Source: Octopus sinensis
Taxonomy: Eukaryota
Direction of reading: 5' to 3'
Length of the DNA stretch: 64,000 nt
NCBI RefSeq assembly: GCF_006345805.1
Contig: NC_043001.1
Coordinates: 53,692,001-53,756,000, forward strand
The notes below the pieces were generated by a model. It was not told the origin of the DNA. It saw only the letters and a list, made by a program, of their open reading frames with translations, and did not search any database. Positions 25,755-40,741 of this stretch are shown here, one piece after another. Made by a program: the position numbers and the translations under genes. Position 1 is the stretch's first letter; the number at the start of each line of letters is the position of its first letter.

Positions 25755-27468
25755 TTAGTGCATGTGTAAATATGTGTACATAAGCCTTTGTGAGTATATA
25801 CGTTATGTAATGTATATACACTTTTGCATATGTGAACTCGTATGTATGCTTTTTTATGTTTATCAATAATACAATGATTTTCACATAATAATATAATCGT
25901 TTATTTTCTCGCTCTCACTCTACATACATACACACTCACACACGCATTATACACACCTAAATGAATATGAACTGTCGGTTTCCTTATGCCTACAAGTATT
26001 TACTCTCTATTCATTTCTCACTAATCTATTCTTTCTAACTTCAATATATTTTATCCAAGTGTGTTCCAATCAACTGTGCAATATTCTGAAGGTCTCTCAC
26101 TATTTGCATCTTCTATAATCAACAGTTGATTAAACCTGAGCAAAAATTAATATCCGTTTCGTCTATGACAAGGAAACGTGCCTTACATTCCAGCTTCAAT
26201 TGTAATGTTTATTTTCTGTAAATGAAGCGTTATTTTGCACTTGTCACGTTTACTGCTCAACACATAGTGCAGACAAATCAGACAAATAACAAATCGGTTT
26301 TATATATGCTTTCCGAATGTATATTAAGTAAGCACTTTTGCCCTCGATTTAATCCTGTAATTTTACTTTTACTTTTGTGATTATTTGAATTTAATTTACA
26401 AAATAAATTAGCAATTTTAGAAAGAATCATAATAAATAGTTTATGTTTGATTCGGTGTTTGTTCTACAAGTCTGCATTCTGAAATATTTGCATTCAAATA
26501 GGGTATTGTCGTAAATAATTGGGTTCGTGTCCGAAATTTTTATAGAACATCTTTGTTTATGGCTGTAATATAATTGGACCGCTGTAATATTATTCGATCT
26601 AGTTGTTGAAATGTAAATTGACAGTGAGCATACATCCTCCTCATCATATGCTCTTAAGCACTCATAATAAGTCGCTTAATTTATTTAAAACGTCAGCTTC
26701 ATTTTACGATACAGAAATACTTTATTTTACAGAGAGATTACTAGAACCTTGTGATGTTGTTATTTTTATAGGCAATAGGAAGAATTAGGTCATATTTTCG
26801 ACTTGCCAATAAATTAACGCAGTCAGTTTTGTATCTACACTTTACAAAACAGCATGGCAAATTATATAGTCATAATCAATAGTATTTTATGCAAAAATTA
26901 TAAATCAAACACCATTTTACAATTATTTAATGTCTGCATCTACCTTCAATTCTGTATGCATAATATTGAATTATTAGAACCGGGTAATATTAAATGCGAT
27001 AATGATGTAACTGGTATATAATACTGACTTGAAACTGAAACACAAAAAAATTATGCATGTGTCACAATTCCTTCAAGCATCTCGGCTACTCAAAATACAA
27101 CTGACGCACTCTGTCATTTGCTGAAGGTGTCTCTAACAACTTTGCGGACTTTTCTCCACGTGTCAAGCAAGATGGCACTCTGAGCAAATATGATATCTAC
27201 ATCTTAATCGCTTTTCATGCAAATCCACGAGTCATAAATGAAATAAAGCGGTCAATAAACATGCCCCTTTACGCAATCATACCCATGAACATGTAGAAAG
27301 GGGAAAGTACATGTGTCACTTGAAATAAGCAAGATTAATTGGCCTGAGAGTGCTCCTGCTAACGGTTCTCATTATGACCTAGAACAAGCTCTTATTCTTG
27401 CAAACGTTTCCTATCTCTACCTCTTCTTCCCTTCTCTCTATCTTTCTCTCTCTCTCGCTCTATCTCTT

Positions 27469-27512
<44 letters not shown>

Positions 27513-27739
27513 AGGAAATTTCCAATCATGAAGACACGCTTCAGTGAACCTCAATATTTAGAGGAGGTCTCCATCTAACTGCACCAACTATCAACAACAC
27601 AGAATGACATTTACTGAAGACAACCATCTCCAACAACTTCAGTCCCCTCCCTTTAATAACAATTAATAATGGATACCTGAAACATAATGCTACATCATTT
27701 CTTCAGCTTCACATTTGTCTTTGGCATGACTTCTATTTC

Positions 27740-28570
27740 TATCTCTCCAATAATGTTTTATATCTGAGCGTGTCCATTGCAGTATGCCATGTGGAATGGC
27801 GTTATTTTCTCTGCTGCACACTCTATGAAATCCGCAGTGCATAAAAATTCAATTTTGTCCCAAGTCTCTTTTTCTTTTACATTACCAGTTTGCTTGTCAT
27901 CATTTCTGATAACGTATGTTTCTGTATAGAAGATAACATACTTCGAGCTCTCTGATCTTCAATAACCAATTATTTTTCATATGTGAACCTATACACTCTA
28001 GGTTATATCATGTATTCTCGTTTCCTCTACAACCACATATATACTATCAAAATGATTACCAAATAAGCAAGTATTTAATCCTACTCTTAACAAGCAATGA
28101 AACACTGAAATCTCCACAAATTTTAAGCTTCTGAGCTACAGACGATTTCTACGAGAAACACTCTGTCATGTAATAAGCCTAATGAAGACTGGGATTTGTT
28201 TTCTTTCGACAGCAACATCTCCTAAACAAAGCTCATTTGGAACACTACCACTATCACTCATACAGGAATCTTGTACTAACTTCTAGAAATTAGCTATCAA
28301 AAGTAATTGTTAATCGAGAGTTTCTAGACTTTAGTACACCAGCATAATCCATCCTTCATTTTTTTACCGTTATTAGAGTGGCACCTTCTCTGCGGAACTG
28401 ATTTCCGTACCTTTATTCTTATTCTCACGACTCATTCGCATCACATCCCTGCCTTAGCAATAGTATATCTCACCAAACTTCTGTTTAAATGTTCTTCATA
28501 GCCTTTCCACTCCAGAAATTCCATTTTCTACAGTTTCTTCCCCATCGGCATATTTTCTTTTGCCATCAGC
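27740..28570 (-). mobile_element. Degraded LINE APE-endonuclease fragment
   Basis: Minus-strand KICGDF (GDFN motif) and downstream QNxIF/ID-like remnants. Many stops. Confidence 0.45.
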
Positions 28571-29564
28571 CATAAGCTTTCAAATGTTCACGATGCCGTA
28601 GCGATCACGTCAAACCTAGTCGAGGAATACCTGCAAAAGTCGTGGTATAATCCTTTCTTCCAGATCAAAGCCGAAGAAGGTCAATGTGTATAGAATAAAT
28701 TGAAATACTACAAGGACATAAGTATTTTTGCTTATGTTAGCAAAGGTCTAGACATTTTAGAACAAGTATGTATTCAACTGAATCCACCCACTGTCTCGTA
28801 TTTCGCTCTATTTACAAATATATATGAGTCTTAATGATATTCAATAATTTGAAGGGCGGGGACGCTTTGAGATGTTCGTGTGCTGGAATGAGAATAGAAA
28901 CACACAGGTGAAAATAGAAAATTAATTGATCTAATTCGTTTTATCTGGCACACAAACATCTCAAAGCCTCTCCGTCGTAGTTAGACATATGTAATTCTTA
29001 GAAGATAAATAAATCGAGACGCGAATATCTCTGAAGAAATTCTTTACTCTGAATCAAACATTGACACATTATAAGAAACGAAATAACTGTACATTCTTCA
29101 AATCAATCACAAAACCACAGGCATATACTTCCACCCATGCAAACATACACAAACACACACATATGGACACATTCTATGCATATGTACATATTTTTTATTC
29201 TCTATGCTTATCTCTTCTAACAAAAATAATTTCACTCTTATTATAAATAGTCCTATAAATTTTCCTTCGCCCACACAAGGCAAAAATTGGTTATGCATAC
29301 ATAATCAGCATTTCGGACTTCACTTCTAAACAGAAGCCACTAACGAATGATATTGCAATCGTTGGTTCAACTATAGTTTATATCAGATTTTCAGTGAGTT
29401 AAGGCTTTGTATATATAATCTACACTCGGTACATAGGCAGACACAAACACACACACTTAGACACACGTTCATATAAACATAGATATTTTAGTTACAATCA
29501 CTTGCGTGTCAAGGTATTCAGCTATACAATGACTGTTTTACAGATATATATTTATACACACACA

Positions 29565-29741
<177 letters not shown>

Positions 29742-31045
29742 ATAATTCAACTACGGTAGTAGTTGTATAATATTCTTAAGGCTGCACATTTCAGAGCTTG
29801 TCGGTAATTCATTTCTTAACCCAATTCAAAACCGTTATCATTTTTGAAGAAGACTGGTTCCTAGCTACATTTTGGTATAAGAAAATTTGATCCAGAAGAA
29901 AAAGTTTACATCAAAATTCGTAGCAGCAATATAGCAGAGAAAGTAATGCCACCAATCAAGTTTAGATCTAAATAACTTTTTTTATTTAAGGGCAAAATAT
30001 ATTTATCTTAACTTTAATAATAGAAGAAAGCAAGGAGAATTTCATAGTCATATTCCCATGCAACAAAAATTTGTATCAAAACATTTGTGAGGTAAAATAT
30101 CATGAAAAAAATATATTTAAAAAAATTGTATTTAAGTATAATTACCTTTTTTATTTTAAAAACAAACTATATTTTAATGAAGCTAAAATGATAGAGCTCA
30201 ATTCAAGAGACTTTATGGTTTCAATCTCATACAATGAAGTTTTAAGAGGAAAAAAGTTATGATTGTTTCTTAAATTTGAGGGTGATAATATGGTTCTATA
30301 CATTTTTATCATTATGGCTCTCTAAGGGACTTTTAATATACAGGGGTTGTACAAAATAATGGAACTAAAATTCATTAAAATGACACATCTATCGGATGTG
30401 AACTGAATGTTGACGTTGAGGTTCATCAGCATATTTTTGAATCTGTGGGTGTATTCAGCTTTTCCTGTCATGTGATATATCTAAACACCCACGGGTAAGC
30501 AATAAATAACGATCTGTCACACACACACACACACATACACACACACATACACACACACATACACATATACACATACACACACACTAGCTCACAAATACAC
30601 AACAGACATACACATCACGATAACACACACATACTTTGAATGACCATCCTTAAAAAACCACTTAACCACTGACCTATTTTCTCAATCGAAAAAAATATTT
30701 GACAATATATTCCAAACACACACTGACACACATTAGCAATAGTCGGAATACAAGCTACCTTTTCAATTCAAAAGACTTCTTTTTAATAGAATTCCAGAAA
30801 CTTGAACTCTTGAACCTCACCCCTAAACCTACATAGACAAAATATATATAAGTAAATCTAAAGTAAAATTTTACTATGCACTAAAACATGGGTACAAAAT
30901 GTTAACCTCCAATTCTTTTCTCCAATACTTTTATACATACACACACATATATTTGTATATATATGCATATATGTACGTGTGTGTGTGTGCGTGTGTGTGT
31001 GTGTATGCATGTATGGATATATATGTATATGTGTGTGAATATATA

Positions 31046-31755
31046 CGAGGAAATACCTCAAAGTTACCGGAAACGTTCTCTGTTGGATAAGACCGATGTT
31101 GTTCAGGCTTCTGCCACTAGAAGTCACTTGATGTAACTCGTAGGCATCAGTCTGCTGACCAGCATCATCGAAAGACATTGTACTTCTATGTCATGCATTT
31201 TTGTTTTGCAGTTTTTCTAGCTTGTTCGTCCACTTTTGCAATGGTTGAAGCGAAAGAACAGCGTATTTCTGTGATATTCTGTTCTCTGCGGGGGGAAACG
31301 GCGGCCAAAATGGCTGTCATGTTTACAAGAACGCTGCCAAGAACAAAACACGAGTGGTGATCACGCTTTAGGAATTGTCATTCGTCGCTTGAAAACTACC
31401 CTCGTTCCAGGCGAGCTCCAAACTACCCACACCCCGCACGAATGAAAGCATCATGAAAATGCATGATGTGATCTTGAAGGACCGTCATAGAACAATGTCT
31501 GTGAACCCCGGAATGAAAGAAAGGTCTTAAAAGAAAATATTCAGCAGATATCGAAAAGTGAAGTAAAAATGACGGAATTGTTAAAAGGCTTAACGTCGCA
31601 GATTTTCAGGACTGCTTCTAACACTGGAAAACGCGCCTGGACCGATGCTTTGCTTCAAATAGAGAATACTTTGAAGGCGATAAAAATATAAATATGTAAA
31701 ACTAAGTGAATAAAATAATATTGCGAAATGCCGGTTTCTTTTGGGTATCTCCTCG
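31046..31755 (+). mobile_element. Internally deleted non-autonomous mariner (about 710 bp)
   Basis: TA-flanked TIRs CGAGGAAATACCTCAAAGTTACCGG and CCGGTTTCTTTTGGGTATCTCCTCG. N-terminal transposase remnant (EQRISV..) is joined to the C-terminal FQDCF..WKTRLDRCFASNREYFEGD; the catalytic core is absent. Confidence 0.85.
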
Positions 31756-31784
31756 TATACATGCATATACACAGGCATACATAT

Positions 31785-32060
31785 ACATCCATCCGTCTTC
31801 ACGACTCTAATTTCCTGTCCCTCACGGATCATGGAAGTAGAGCCCTTAGGTATTACCTCCTTAGGGTCCCATCAGAATCGACCGTCATTAGATTTTCCGG
31901 CTAGATTTCCAAGCATGATCAATTGAGACTATGGTTATTATCCAGCCAACACCTTCTTTGTCTACCCTTTGATCTCATTCATGCCGATCAATCGTGCCTA
32001 GAGAATCTTTGTTGTGTTATTCAAATCATATGTCCGTAGTTTCAGATCCGTGACTCGACC
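31785..32060 (-). mobile_element. Degraded RTE/BovB-like LINE 3' end
   Basis: Minus-strand ..YGHMI..G....KGRQRKVLAG/WLDN remnants resemble the RW.GH..R..GRQR.RWLD C-terminus of RTE proteins. Confidence 0.45.
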
Positions 32061-35000
32061 TGAAGAGACTACGTAATCTCCGAGCTACGCCTTCTGTTGA
32101 GCGTCGTTACTCCCTATATAGGACTCTTAGCTAATCGAATTTTTGGTCTTTAAATAAACATAGTATGATAAACTTCCGCTCAGTAAAACGCAGATTTATA
32201 TAATTTTATGCAAAATATTGACGGCGTACATATCATGTAGAATAAGAGTTAGAAGGCCACTTCACAGACTCGTTTTAAAAGTGCCACATTTCGGCTGCCA
32301 ATCGTACAAAACTTTGACCAAAGAATCTACATCATGTATCAACCTCGTTTCGGGTGGCAGTCTATATAGTGGAGTGCTTATAGATAATTATTAACAACAC
32401 ATCATAAAGTACCTATATTTTCGATTCAGAAATGCACACTATTTCACGTTATGTTAGAATATCGGAGAGTTACGAATTATTAATAATGTATGTATGAGAC
32501 GTGACATGGAGAAAGGCATACGGATATGATATTATTTTGCATTACTGATACATCATCTTATTATATAACATGCAAATATATACTTTCATATATGTTATGT
32601 GTCACCGGAAGATGCCCAAATTAATAGGTTCTCCGAAATACAAGACGTTTCTAACTTTAGAATGAAAATAAATCTAATAGAATTCTTGAAGGGAGAGATT
32701 TTTTAATGAAGATATGTTGTTGAAAAACTAAAAACTAAAAAAGTTAATCCTATAGTTCAAACTTCACCATATGATCCATGTTTATATATGCAGTGCATTT
32801 TCTTTGAATTTCTTTTTCATACAAATACTTTCCTTTTCTCTTGACACCTTTCGAATTATTTTACCTTCAACATTAATAAGTAAAAACCAAGATTACAGGG
32901 TTTTATTTTAACTTTCATTTCTTTTATATGCAATGCAAGGATCTATATTTCTACAATTGTTCTCTCTGACAAATAACCTTACATTAATCTTTACAGCAGC
33001 CATAATACTTTTTCGTCACATATTGCCGTCTTTAATTTTATATATCCTCACTGCGTCTCACTTTCTTAGTTACATAGACTCAATTCTAGATCTATTTCCA
33101 ATATCTGAGGATATTTTAGTCTAATAATACACTGTCAATGTTACAAACTGATTGAGAGAAGAGAAATATGAAAGAGTTAGCTATTGGAATAGTTCAAACG
33201 TCTTGAAATTATAAGCTTTTCTTTTTATAGTGCAAAAATTCAATAAGTTAAATGTCAGCCGGCAGTTACAAAACTAGGACTGATGCATTCTATTACGGAT
33301 ATCTTATGATATATTAAGAAAGAAATGTAACTTGCTTTTTTATAATTAGTGAGTGAGCAATAGTGAAACGATTATGAAGCAGTTAAGCAATGGTACAGGA
33401 AATTTAATGCCTTTACAAGGAAAAAGATATGTCTGAGACACATGGCCAAATTATACTATCTTTATAGACATATTTGCCATGAATAAAGCACATAAATAAG
33501 AAAATTGCAATTTATATTTTCTGTTGGTGTGTAGCCCCAGGCAAGTATTAGTTGCACTGGTTTCTGTTCGAATGCACGTGAAGTACGACGGGTACATCTT
33601 TTCTGAAATACCCAACTATATGGGCTAATATAGACTTCTTTTTATAAAAAAATAGTGTCAGCATTTACTGCTTTTATTATCGGATAACCCAACTGGCCCA
33701 CTTATAGAAGCCCTCTCTCGTAGTAAATATAACTATGAGTGAACGAGTACTAGATCATGCGTACCAATGAAAACACAATATGAAAGGAACACGCTACATA
33801 TTAACGCACACACGCTAATACACATATATATGTCAGTACAACCATACACTGAGACATACAACACGCACAAATATATATTCACATACATAGGCATGTGTAT
33901 GTGTACGTGCTTGTGTGCAGAATCGGAGGTTCCCCTTTGTGATTCAGTATGTTTCATTTGAATTGTTGTGAAAGAAAAGGATAAGAGTTGAAATCTGAAT
34001 CGCAGATGCAAAGCAAAAAGACAATCGTATACAAAACATTGAAAGAACTTAAGGACTAATACTTCATTATCAACGTAAGTGGACAATCGAAAGAGCTAAC
34101 TTTTAATTATATCAACGAAGTCCTTCAAAAATCCATCAGAATTATCTTATTGAGTCTATCACTTTGACATGCGAATATTAATAAAGCTACGAAAATTACT
34201 ATAATGCGGCACTCGGGAGATGAACAATACGTATAAATTTTATAGAATATACAGTGAATGCTTTATGCAGATATACTATGCAATATGCCTCGAATACTGC
34301 ATCAGAAGAGTATGTTGTCACTAGTGCAATATGATAGGTAAACTGCAACACCGATATGTAAAATCTATTTTGAATCACTCAAGGAACATTTCTTTTTCTG
34401 ATAAAGTTACAATATGTCGCTTAAGGGAAATGTTCGTCAATTATTTAAATATGCGACAACTAACTGTATGCTAAACGTAGGGTTTCTCAGTTTTTTATGC
34501 TAGCCTCACTGATAATTGTAGTAATAATACAAAATACAATAGCTTTAATAAGAATACAATTCTGTTACATGGGAATGGTCTTACTATTGTTTAAGTATTT
34601 AATGTACTGTTTGCACTAGTAAAAATTATATATGTATGCTTAGCCATTCGTTCGGAGCCGGCTAAAAAGCATAGAACTTCAACATAAAGCAGTGTTGACG
34701 CGTGAACATAGGATATATGAGCTACGTATAGAACAATCATGATTCTAAACATGTGTTAGTGAACTATGTCTCTGCAACAAACAGAACCACTAACAGTCCT
34801 TGCATGTTACCATTAATAATTTCAGAAAAAGTACTTTCCATTTATAATTCGATGTTTGGTGTTACAGATGTTTCAATTTTAATAGATATTATTTCAAGGA
34901 TTTGTGTGTAAGGAAGTTTTAGCCATATATCATGACCTATTATTTATCATTCACAATATAGTATTCACTATATTGTCTCTAGATTACATACATACGCACA

Positions 35001-35593
35001 TTCATACAAGGTCGGAGGAAGCTATAGCTTGATGCACAAGCAGCCAGGGCTGGTTTCATTGCATCTTATTGTAGAAACAACCGTTAACTAATGAAGTTGA
35101 TTACGTAATTCTCGTTCTTTTTCCATCCAAAGAAGTTTGCATTATGCTCTGTACTCGCGTAACGCTTTATCCTGAGGCATACGTACATTGCGTTCTAACA
35201 TTTCTTTATTACTATTGTTATACCTAAGCGAAAACGTAAAATGCAATCATAACACCTGCGTAATATATGTGCGTATATGTACGCATACGAGTATATATAA
35301 ATACATATATAAATAGAGATCGATAAATAGATAGATAAATGTATATAGATGCATATGTATATACATATAAATGCGTAGGAATGTGCGTGTATGTATGGGA
35401 TTGTGTGTATACGTGCATATATGAATTTATCAGTTTGAGACACTATATGTCCGCGTACCGGCATATTCATGTATATATAATAAAATAATTTATATGTTAT
35501 TTCATTTGTGTTACTTCCATATAGTTTTGTTTCAGAATCGTTGTGTTTTAGTAAATATAATGATGCATTTTTGCAGTAGCCTTTTATATTTAA

Positions 35594-36854
35594 CTAGCAG
35601 AGATACCCTACGTTGACCGTGTTACATTCAATTGAAAAATTAGACTTTTCTGTTATATTTTCTATAATGTACTGGAATATCTACGTTTCGAATTGCAGAT
35701 GAGGGTTATTTCTCTCTTTACACACCCTAAAAAGAAATTGTAATCGTGGCACATGTATCCCGTACCACTGATATTTATGCGCATATTCCAGAATTCCAGT
35801 ATTATTGAACCTGTAAAAAAGATTTTCACCTGAAAAATGCAGGTCAAGAATCTCTAAAATGTGAGAATTAAAGCCCCTGTTGGGGGTGGGTGTCTTAATG
35901 TCAAGCAGAGACGTTGAATTGTTGAAAATCTTTTTAACTTGGGCCTTATATCTATTGTTTGAATTTCTTTGAAATAGGAAATATATGTTCAATGGATTTG
36001 TAAAAGAGAGCAAAGCTACAGGGAACCAAAAGACGAATGATCACAATAAGCAGTCAGCTACCCTACCCTAGTCGTTACCATTCCCAATGTAGGATTCCTC
36101 ACCATCCAAGTGACAGGCACAGGCATAAGATGCATGACGAATCTATAGCAATTGAAAGGGTATGACCCAACTGAAATAAACATTAACAACTGTGTGACGT
36201 GAGGGCTAATGAGAAATGAAAGTGTCACCTCTGGAGTTTGCAAATGACCACTATACTGATACGTAAATAGACAGAATAAATTTACAATCTGTAAATGTCT
36301 TTGAATAACCAGTCACATATCTGGGAAGGCCTTGAAATCAATGTTACCATCTGTGGACCATGTGTGACCCAATAATAATAAAATGACTGAAAGGAGGTCT
36401 GCAATCAAATAACTTTCCTCAACACTTTGCAACTGAATCAGTGGAAGCAAAGATGCCTCTCATTTACTTGACAATTTATGCACCACATTGTAGAAATCAC
36501 AATGTAAGCAAACTGTTACACGTTTGTACCATTGAATTAGAAATAATGCTCATCTTTTATGCTCGGGTAACCTTACCGCTTCAAAAAGTACAACTATATT
36601 CGTCTTGGCTGAGATAAAATGACAAAAAGGGTCTTTCTACCTTATAAGAAGATGAAATTTTATAAATATTACTTCATTTGTGTCTAATATCTGTGATTAA
36701 ATTGTCATCAACAGCAAAAATATAACAATTGTCATGGGGGTTATGGCCCTTATGCATAGAATATAAAGATCAATTCAGTACTTTTGACCTAGTTTTGGAT
36801 CATAAAAGAAATTACTAAAATTTCGGAGTTAAGGCCCCCATTATATATATATAT

Positions 36855-36859
<5 letters not shown>
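35594..36859 (-). mobile_element. Probable non-autonomous Helitron
   Basis: CTAG|T end with a degenerate ACCC..CGTTGACCGTGT hairpin at about 35604-35622, and an A|TCTATATATATATAAT start at 36859. Pairing of the two ends is inferred. Confidence 0.45.
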
Positions 36860-36927
<68 letters not shown>

Positions 36928-36935
36928 CAGACAGA
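36856..36935. repeat. (GATA)n microsatellite
   Basis: Directly visible; a second (GATA)n array lies at about 53563-53637. Confidence 0.95.
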
Positions 36936-37039
36936 TAAATAGATATAGATATAGATATATACACACACGAACACATACAAAGATATATCGATAGATACAA
37001 CTGAATGGGCAAACAAAGGTATGAGCCTAGTGCTTTTTT

Positions 37040-37362
37040 ATGTTGATAAGCCTGGTACTTATTCTATTAGTTTGTTCTTGTGAAACCAGTAATTTATGGG
37101 GATGTAAATAAACGAACACCAGTTGTGAAGCAGTGATGAGGGATAAACACAAAGACACGTACATAGACTTACATATACTTGCATATATACATACTTATAT
37201 ATACAATTGATTTCTTTCAGTTTCTGTCTACAAAATCCACTGACAAGGCTTTGGTTGGTCTGAGGCTATAGTAGAAGACACCTGCCAAGTTACCACACAG
37301 TGGGACAGAACTGAGGACCATGTGTTTTGGAACCAAGTTTGTTACCACACAGCCACACCTGC
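37040..37362 (-). mobile_element. SINE family B, first unit of a tandem duplication
   Basis: Reverse complement of the family B head and core (ACCACACAGCCACACCTGC; CAAAATCCACTGACAAGGCTTTGG). Confidence 0.8.
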
Positions 37363-37509
37363 AGCTATGAATGTGTGTGAGTGTGCGTGGGTGTGGGTGT
37401 GGGTGTATGTGTGTATGGGTATGTATACATACACACAAAGATAAATTGATAGATACAACTTAGTGGGCAAACCAAAATATGAGACACTGCCTAGTGGGTT
37501 TTCTTAAAT

Positions 37510-37811
37510 ATGATAAGCCTGGTACTTATTCTATCAGTTTCTTCTTGTGAAACCAATAAGTTATGGGGATGTAAATAAGCGAACGCCAGTTGTGAAGCAG
37601 TGATGAGGGAGAAAGACAAAGACACATACAGAGACTTACATATATATATATACAATTGATCTCTTTCAGTTTATGTCTACAAATTCCACTGACAAGGCTT
37701 TGGTTGGTCTGAGGTTATAGCAGAAAACACATGCCAAGTTACCACACAGTGGGCCTGAACTGAGGACCATGTGTTTTGGAACCAAGTTTGTTACCACACA
37801 GCTATACCTGC
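37510..37811 (-). mobile_element. SINE family B, second unit of a tandem duplication
   Basis: Nearly identical to 37040-37362. Confidence 0.8.
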
Positions 37812-37987
37812 AGCTATGTATGTGTGTGTATGTGTGTATGGGTGTATTTATGTATATCTTTATATATGTGTATATATATGTGTACATATTACATGTACAT
37901 CTATATATATATATACATCTACACATACATGTATACATCTATATATATATAAATATACATCTATATGTATACATACATATATATATA

Positions 37988-38044
<57 letters not shown>

Positions 38045-38217
38045 AATTTAAATTTATAATAAGGGTTAGAAATCGAATATAAATGTGATTAGTATGAATT
38101 TATAACCAGTGGTGTAGCATATAAGACCGTAGCAGATCTTCTTCTAGCAGAATGGATGACCAGTTACAGTTCATCCCTGTTATATAATAGTTTCACTTTA
38201 ATTGATAGTTTCAGTAT

Positions 38218-38469
38218 TAAAGTGAAAGTATCTGGCATTACAATAGAGAGATGTTTTTCTTTCACTTATGACACGTAATACTGAAATAGTGGAGAAGATA
38301 TGATATTGCTGTCGGCTCGCCCTAGGCAAGAAGTTATATTTTTGGCCATGACACTACATGGACCCTGAGTAAGGCATGTGTAAAATTTGAAAGTAATTGG
38401 TTGTGTAGTTTTCAAGTTTTAGGGATTCACACAGACATACACATATTCTCATTTTTATATATATATAGA
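38218..38469 (-). mobile_element. Non-autonomous Helitron 5' part, same family as 6836-8001
   Basis: Near-identical blocks AAAGTGAAAGTATCTG, ATAGTGGAGAAGATATGATATTG and CTAAGTAAGGCATGTGTAAAAT (CTGAGTAAGG.. in this copy). Terminus A|TCTATATATATATAAAAATGAGAAT. Confidence 0.7.
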
Positions 38470-38993
38470 TTGAAGTGGTTTTGATAATATGAAGTCTTTT
38501 AGATAGCTTACGTCTACGATCTAAATCTTTATAATAGGGGAAAATGTACATTTCACGTTTATGACTTTCATATACGTAAACATTAATGGATTATCTTTCC
38601 TGACCGTTAGGTTAGAAAACACGTGCGAGTGTATCTGATGCTTACCTAGTTTTGCTCGTCAGTTCTGAATAATATTGTCATAGCATTAAAGTCATGGTGA
38701 CTGCATAGTGTTCACTTTCCTTTCAAAATATACCTCAGAATTTATTTTTGATCTAGAGGCCAACGCTGCGTGCTGAGACGGCTGCACACTATGCATGTTG
38801 TGAAAATTCTTTAGGTCAAATAATAATATACAAGTAAGAACATGTCAACAATTCTTAGTATTTTTACTTTTAACATCCTCTACGTTTTAACTCACTACCA
38901 ATTCGCAGCTTAACTAACTATTATCAGGATCTAAATTTAAGATAATCAAATCGCATACTTATATATGTCTTTGATCGAATACTATGCATTAGC

Positions 38994-39395
38994 AAGGCGG
39001 CGAGCTGGCAGAATTGTTAGCACGCCGGGCGAAATTTGTAGCCGTATTTCGTCTACCGTTACGTTCTGAGTTCAAATTCCGCCGAGGTCGACTTTGCCTT
39101 TCATCCATTCGGGGTCGATAAATTATGTACCAGTTACGCACTTGGGTCGATGTAATCGACTTAATCCGTTTGTCTGTCCTTGTTTGTACCCTCTGTGTTT
39201 AGCCCCTTGTAAGTAGTAAAGAAATATATATTTCGTCTGCTGTTACGTTCTGAGTTCAAATTCCGCCGTGGTCGACTTTGCCTTTCATCTTTTCGGTGTC
39301 GATTAAATAAGTACCAGTTATGCACTGGGGTCGATATAATCGACTGGTCCCCTACACGAAAATTTCAGGCCTTGTGCCTAGAGAAGAAAAGAATA
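38994..39395 (+). mobile_element. SINE family A, dimeric copy
   Basis: A-box TGGCAGAATTG, B-box GTTCAAATTCC twice, tail GCCTTGTGCCTAGAGAAGAAAAG. Confidence 0.88.
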
Positions 39396-40701
39396 TTATA
39401 CATTAGTGTGCTAACAATATTACTTTTCATTACTACAATGTAATATATAACATATCGCTAGGTTTCTTAGCCAATGTGTGTTACAATCATTGAAAGCCAT
39501 ATTCCGTTTGATATATATTAATAATAGTAGGTTCACATTTATTTTAGATACAAAGGCCGCTGGTCAGTTGTTGACAAACATCCCTAGGAGGGAGAAAACG
39601 AAATGAACACTCATTTCTTGTCGAAGATGGTATTGTAAATAATGCATTCTTAAAATCAATGCATCACAAAGTGTTGATTGCTAACAATATAGATATGTTA
39701 TATAGTACACTTTAACAATGTGGTTCTAATTATTAGATATTCTAAATCCGGATGACATGATTGTAGCGAGACGCCGTCTAATTTTTCCATAACGCGAGAT
39801 ATTTGTGTCTCGTACACACGCGCAGATGCAGACATACATATACTTACAAACGTAAATGAATCGTCTGTCAGCTATATGCTCCCAGACCATTCAAACTATC
39901 TCCAGTTGGCTAGTGCCTCATAATGGTAAATAGAAAACAGATAAAAGGCATTTTCTTTTAAGCGAGTACAATATTTTCATCAAACAGTAAGAGCTAGTAA
40001 AGTCTAACGTCTTTATGGAGACATGGAGACAAGTAATCAAATGTGAAATGTTTAAGGAAACATATGCAGCCATATTTATACTTTATATATCACTTCAAAA
40101 TCTATAAATGACATAACTTTATTACATGAGAACCCCTTTGCCTCACTACCATGAGAACTAACTTCAATTCAAAAACAACTTTTAGATAATGAAAATAAAT
40201 TTCATAGAAGAAAATTAGGGAGAGATATAAATAGATCCCTCATATTTGGAGTAGATTCCAATCATATCGCCTGAATAAAGGCATTAGAAAGAGAGGAAGA
40301 CAAATAGTGTGTTTACTGACTGAAACATTTGCCACTGTTATGTGCTTGCATTTTTATTTTCTTATAAGATTATTTGATATATATTATCTATCGAATAATT
40401 GCTGGAACATGTTGGAACAACGTTTTCTACTTAGGTGAGTAATTCGTTCATTTCCGAAAATAGCAGCTATCAGAGCTTGTTGCCAATTCCGTCGTCGTCA
40501 TCAGCAAGAATTGGGTTTTGTAGAAAGAAAAATATTCTGGCTGTCAGAAATACCATTAATATTCTCATAATCACATATATTTTCGCTTGCTCATCGTTCG
40601 ATTTGTTCCTGAATATTTCTCAAATGATTGTATGAGAAGTGAACCAAAATATATCACCATGTACAAATAAAATACATACGTCACATATACATAGATACAT
40701 G

Positions 40702-40741
<40 letters not shown>

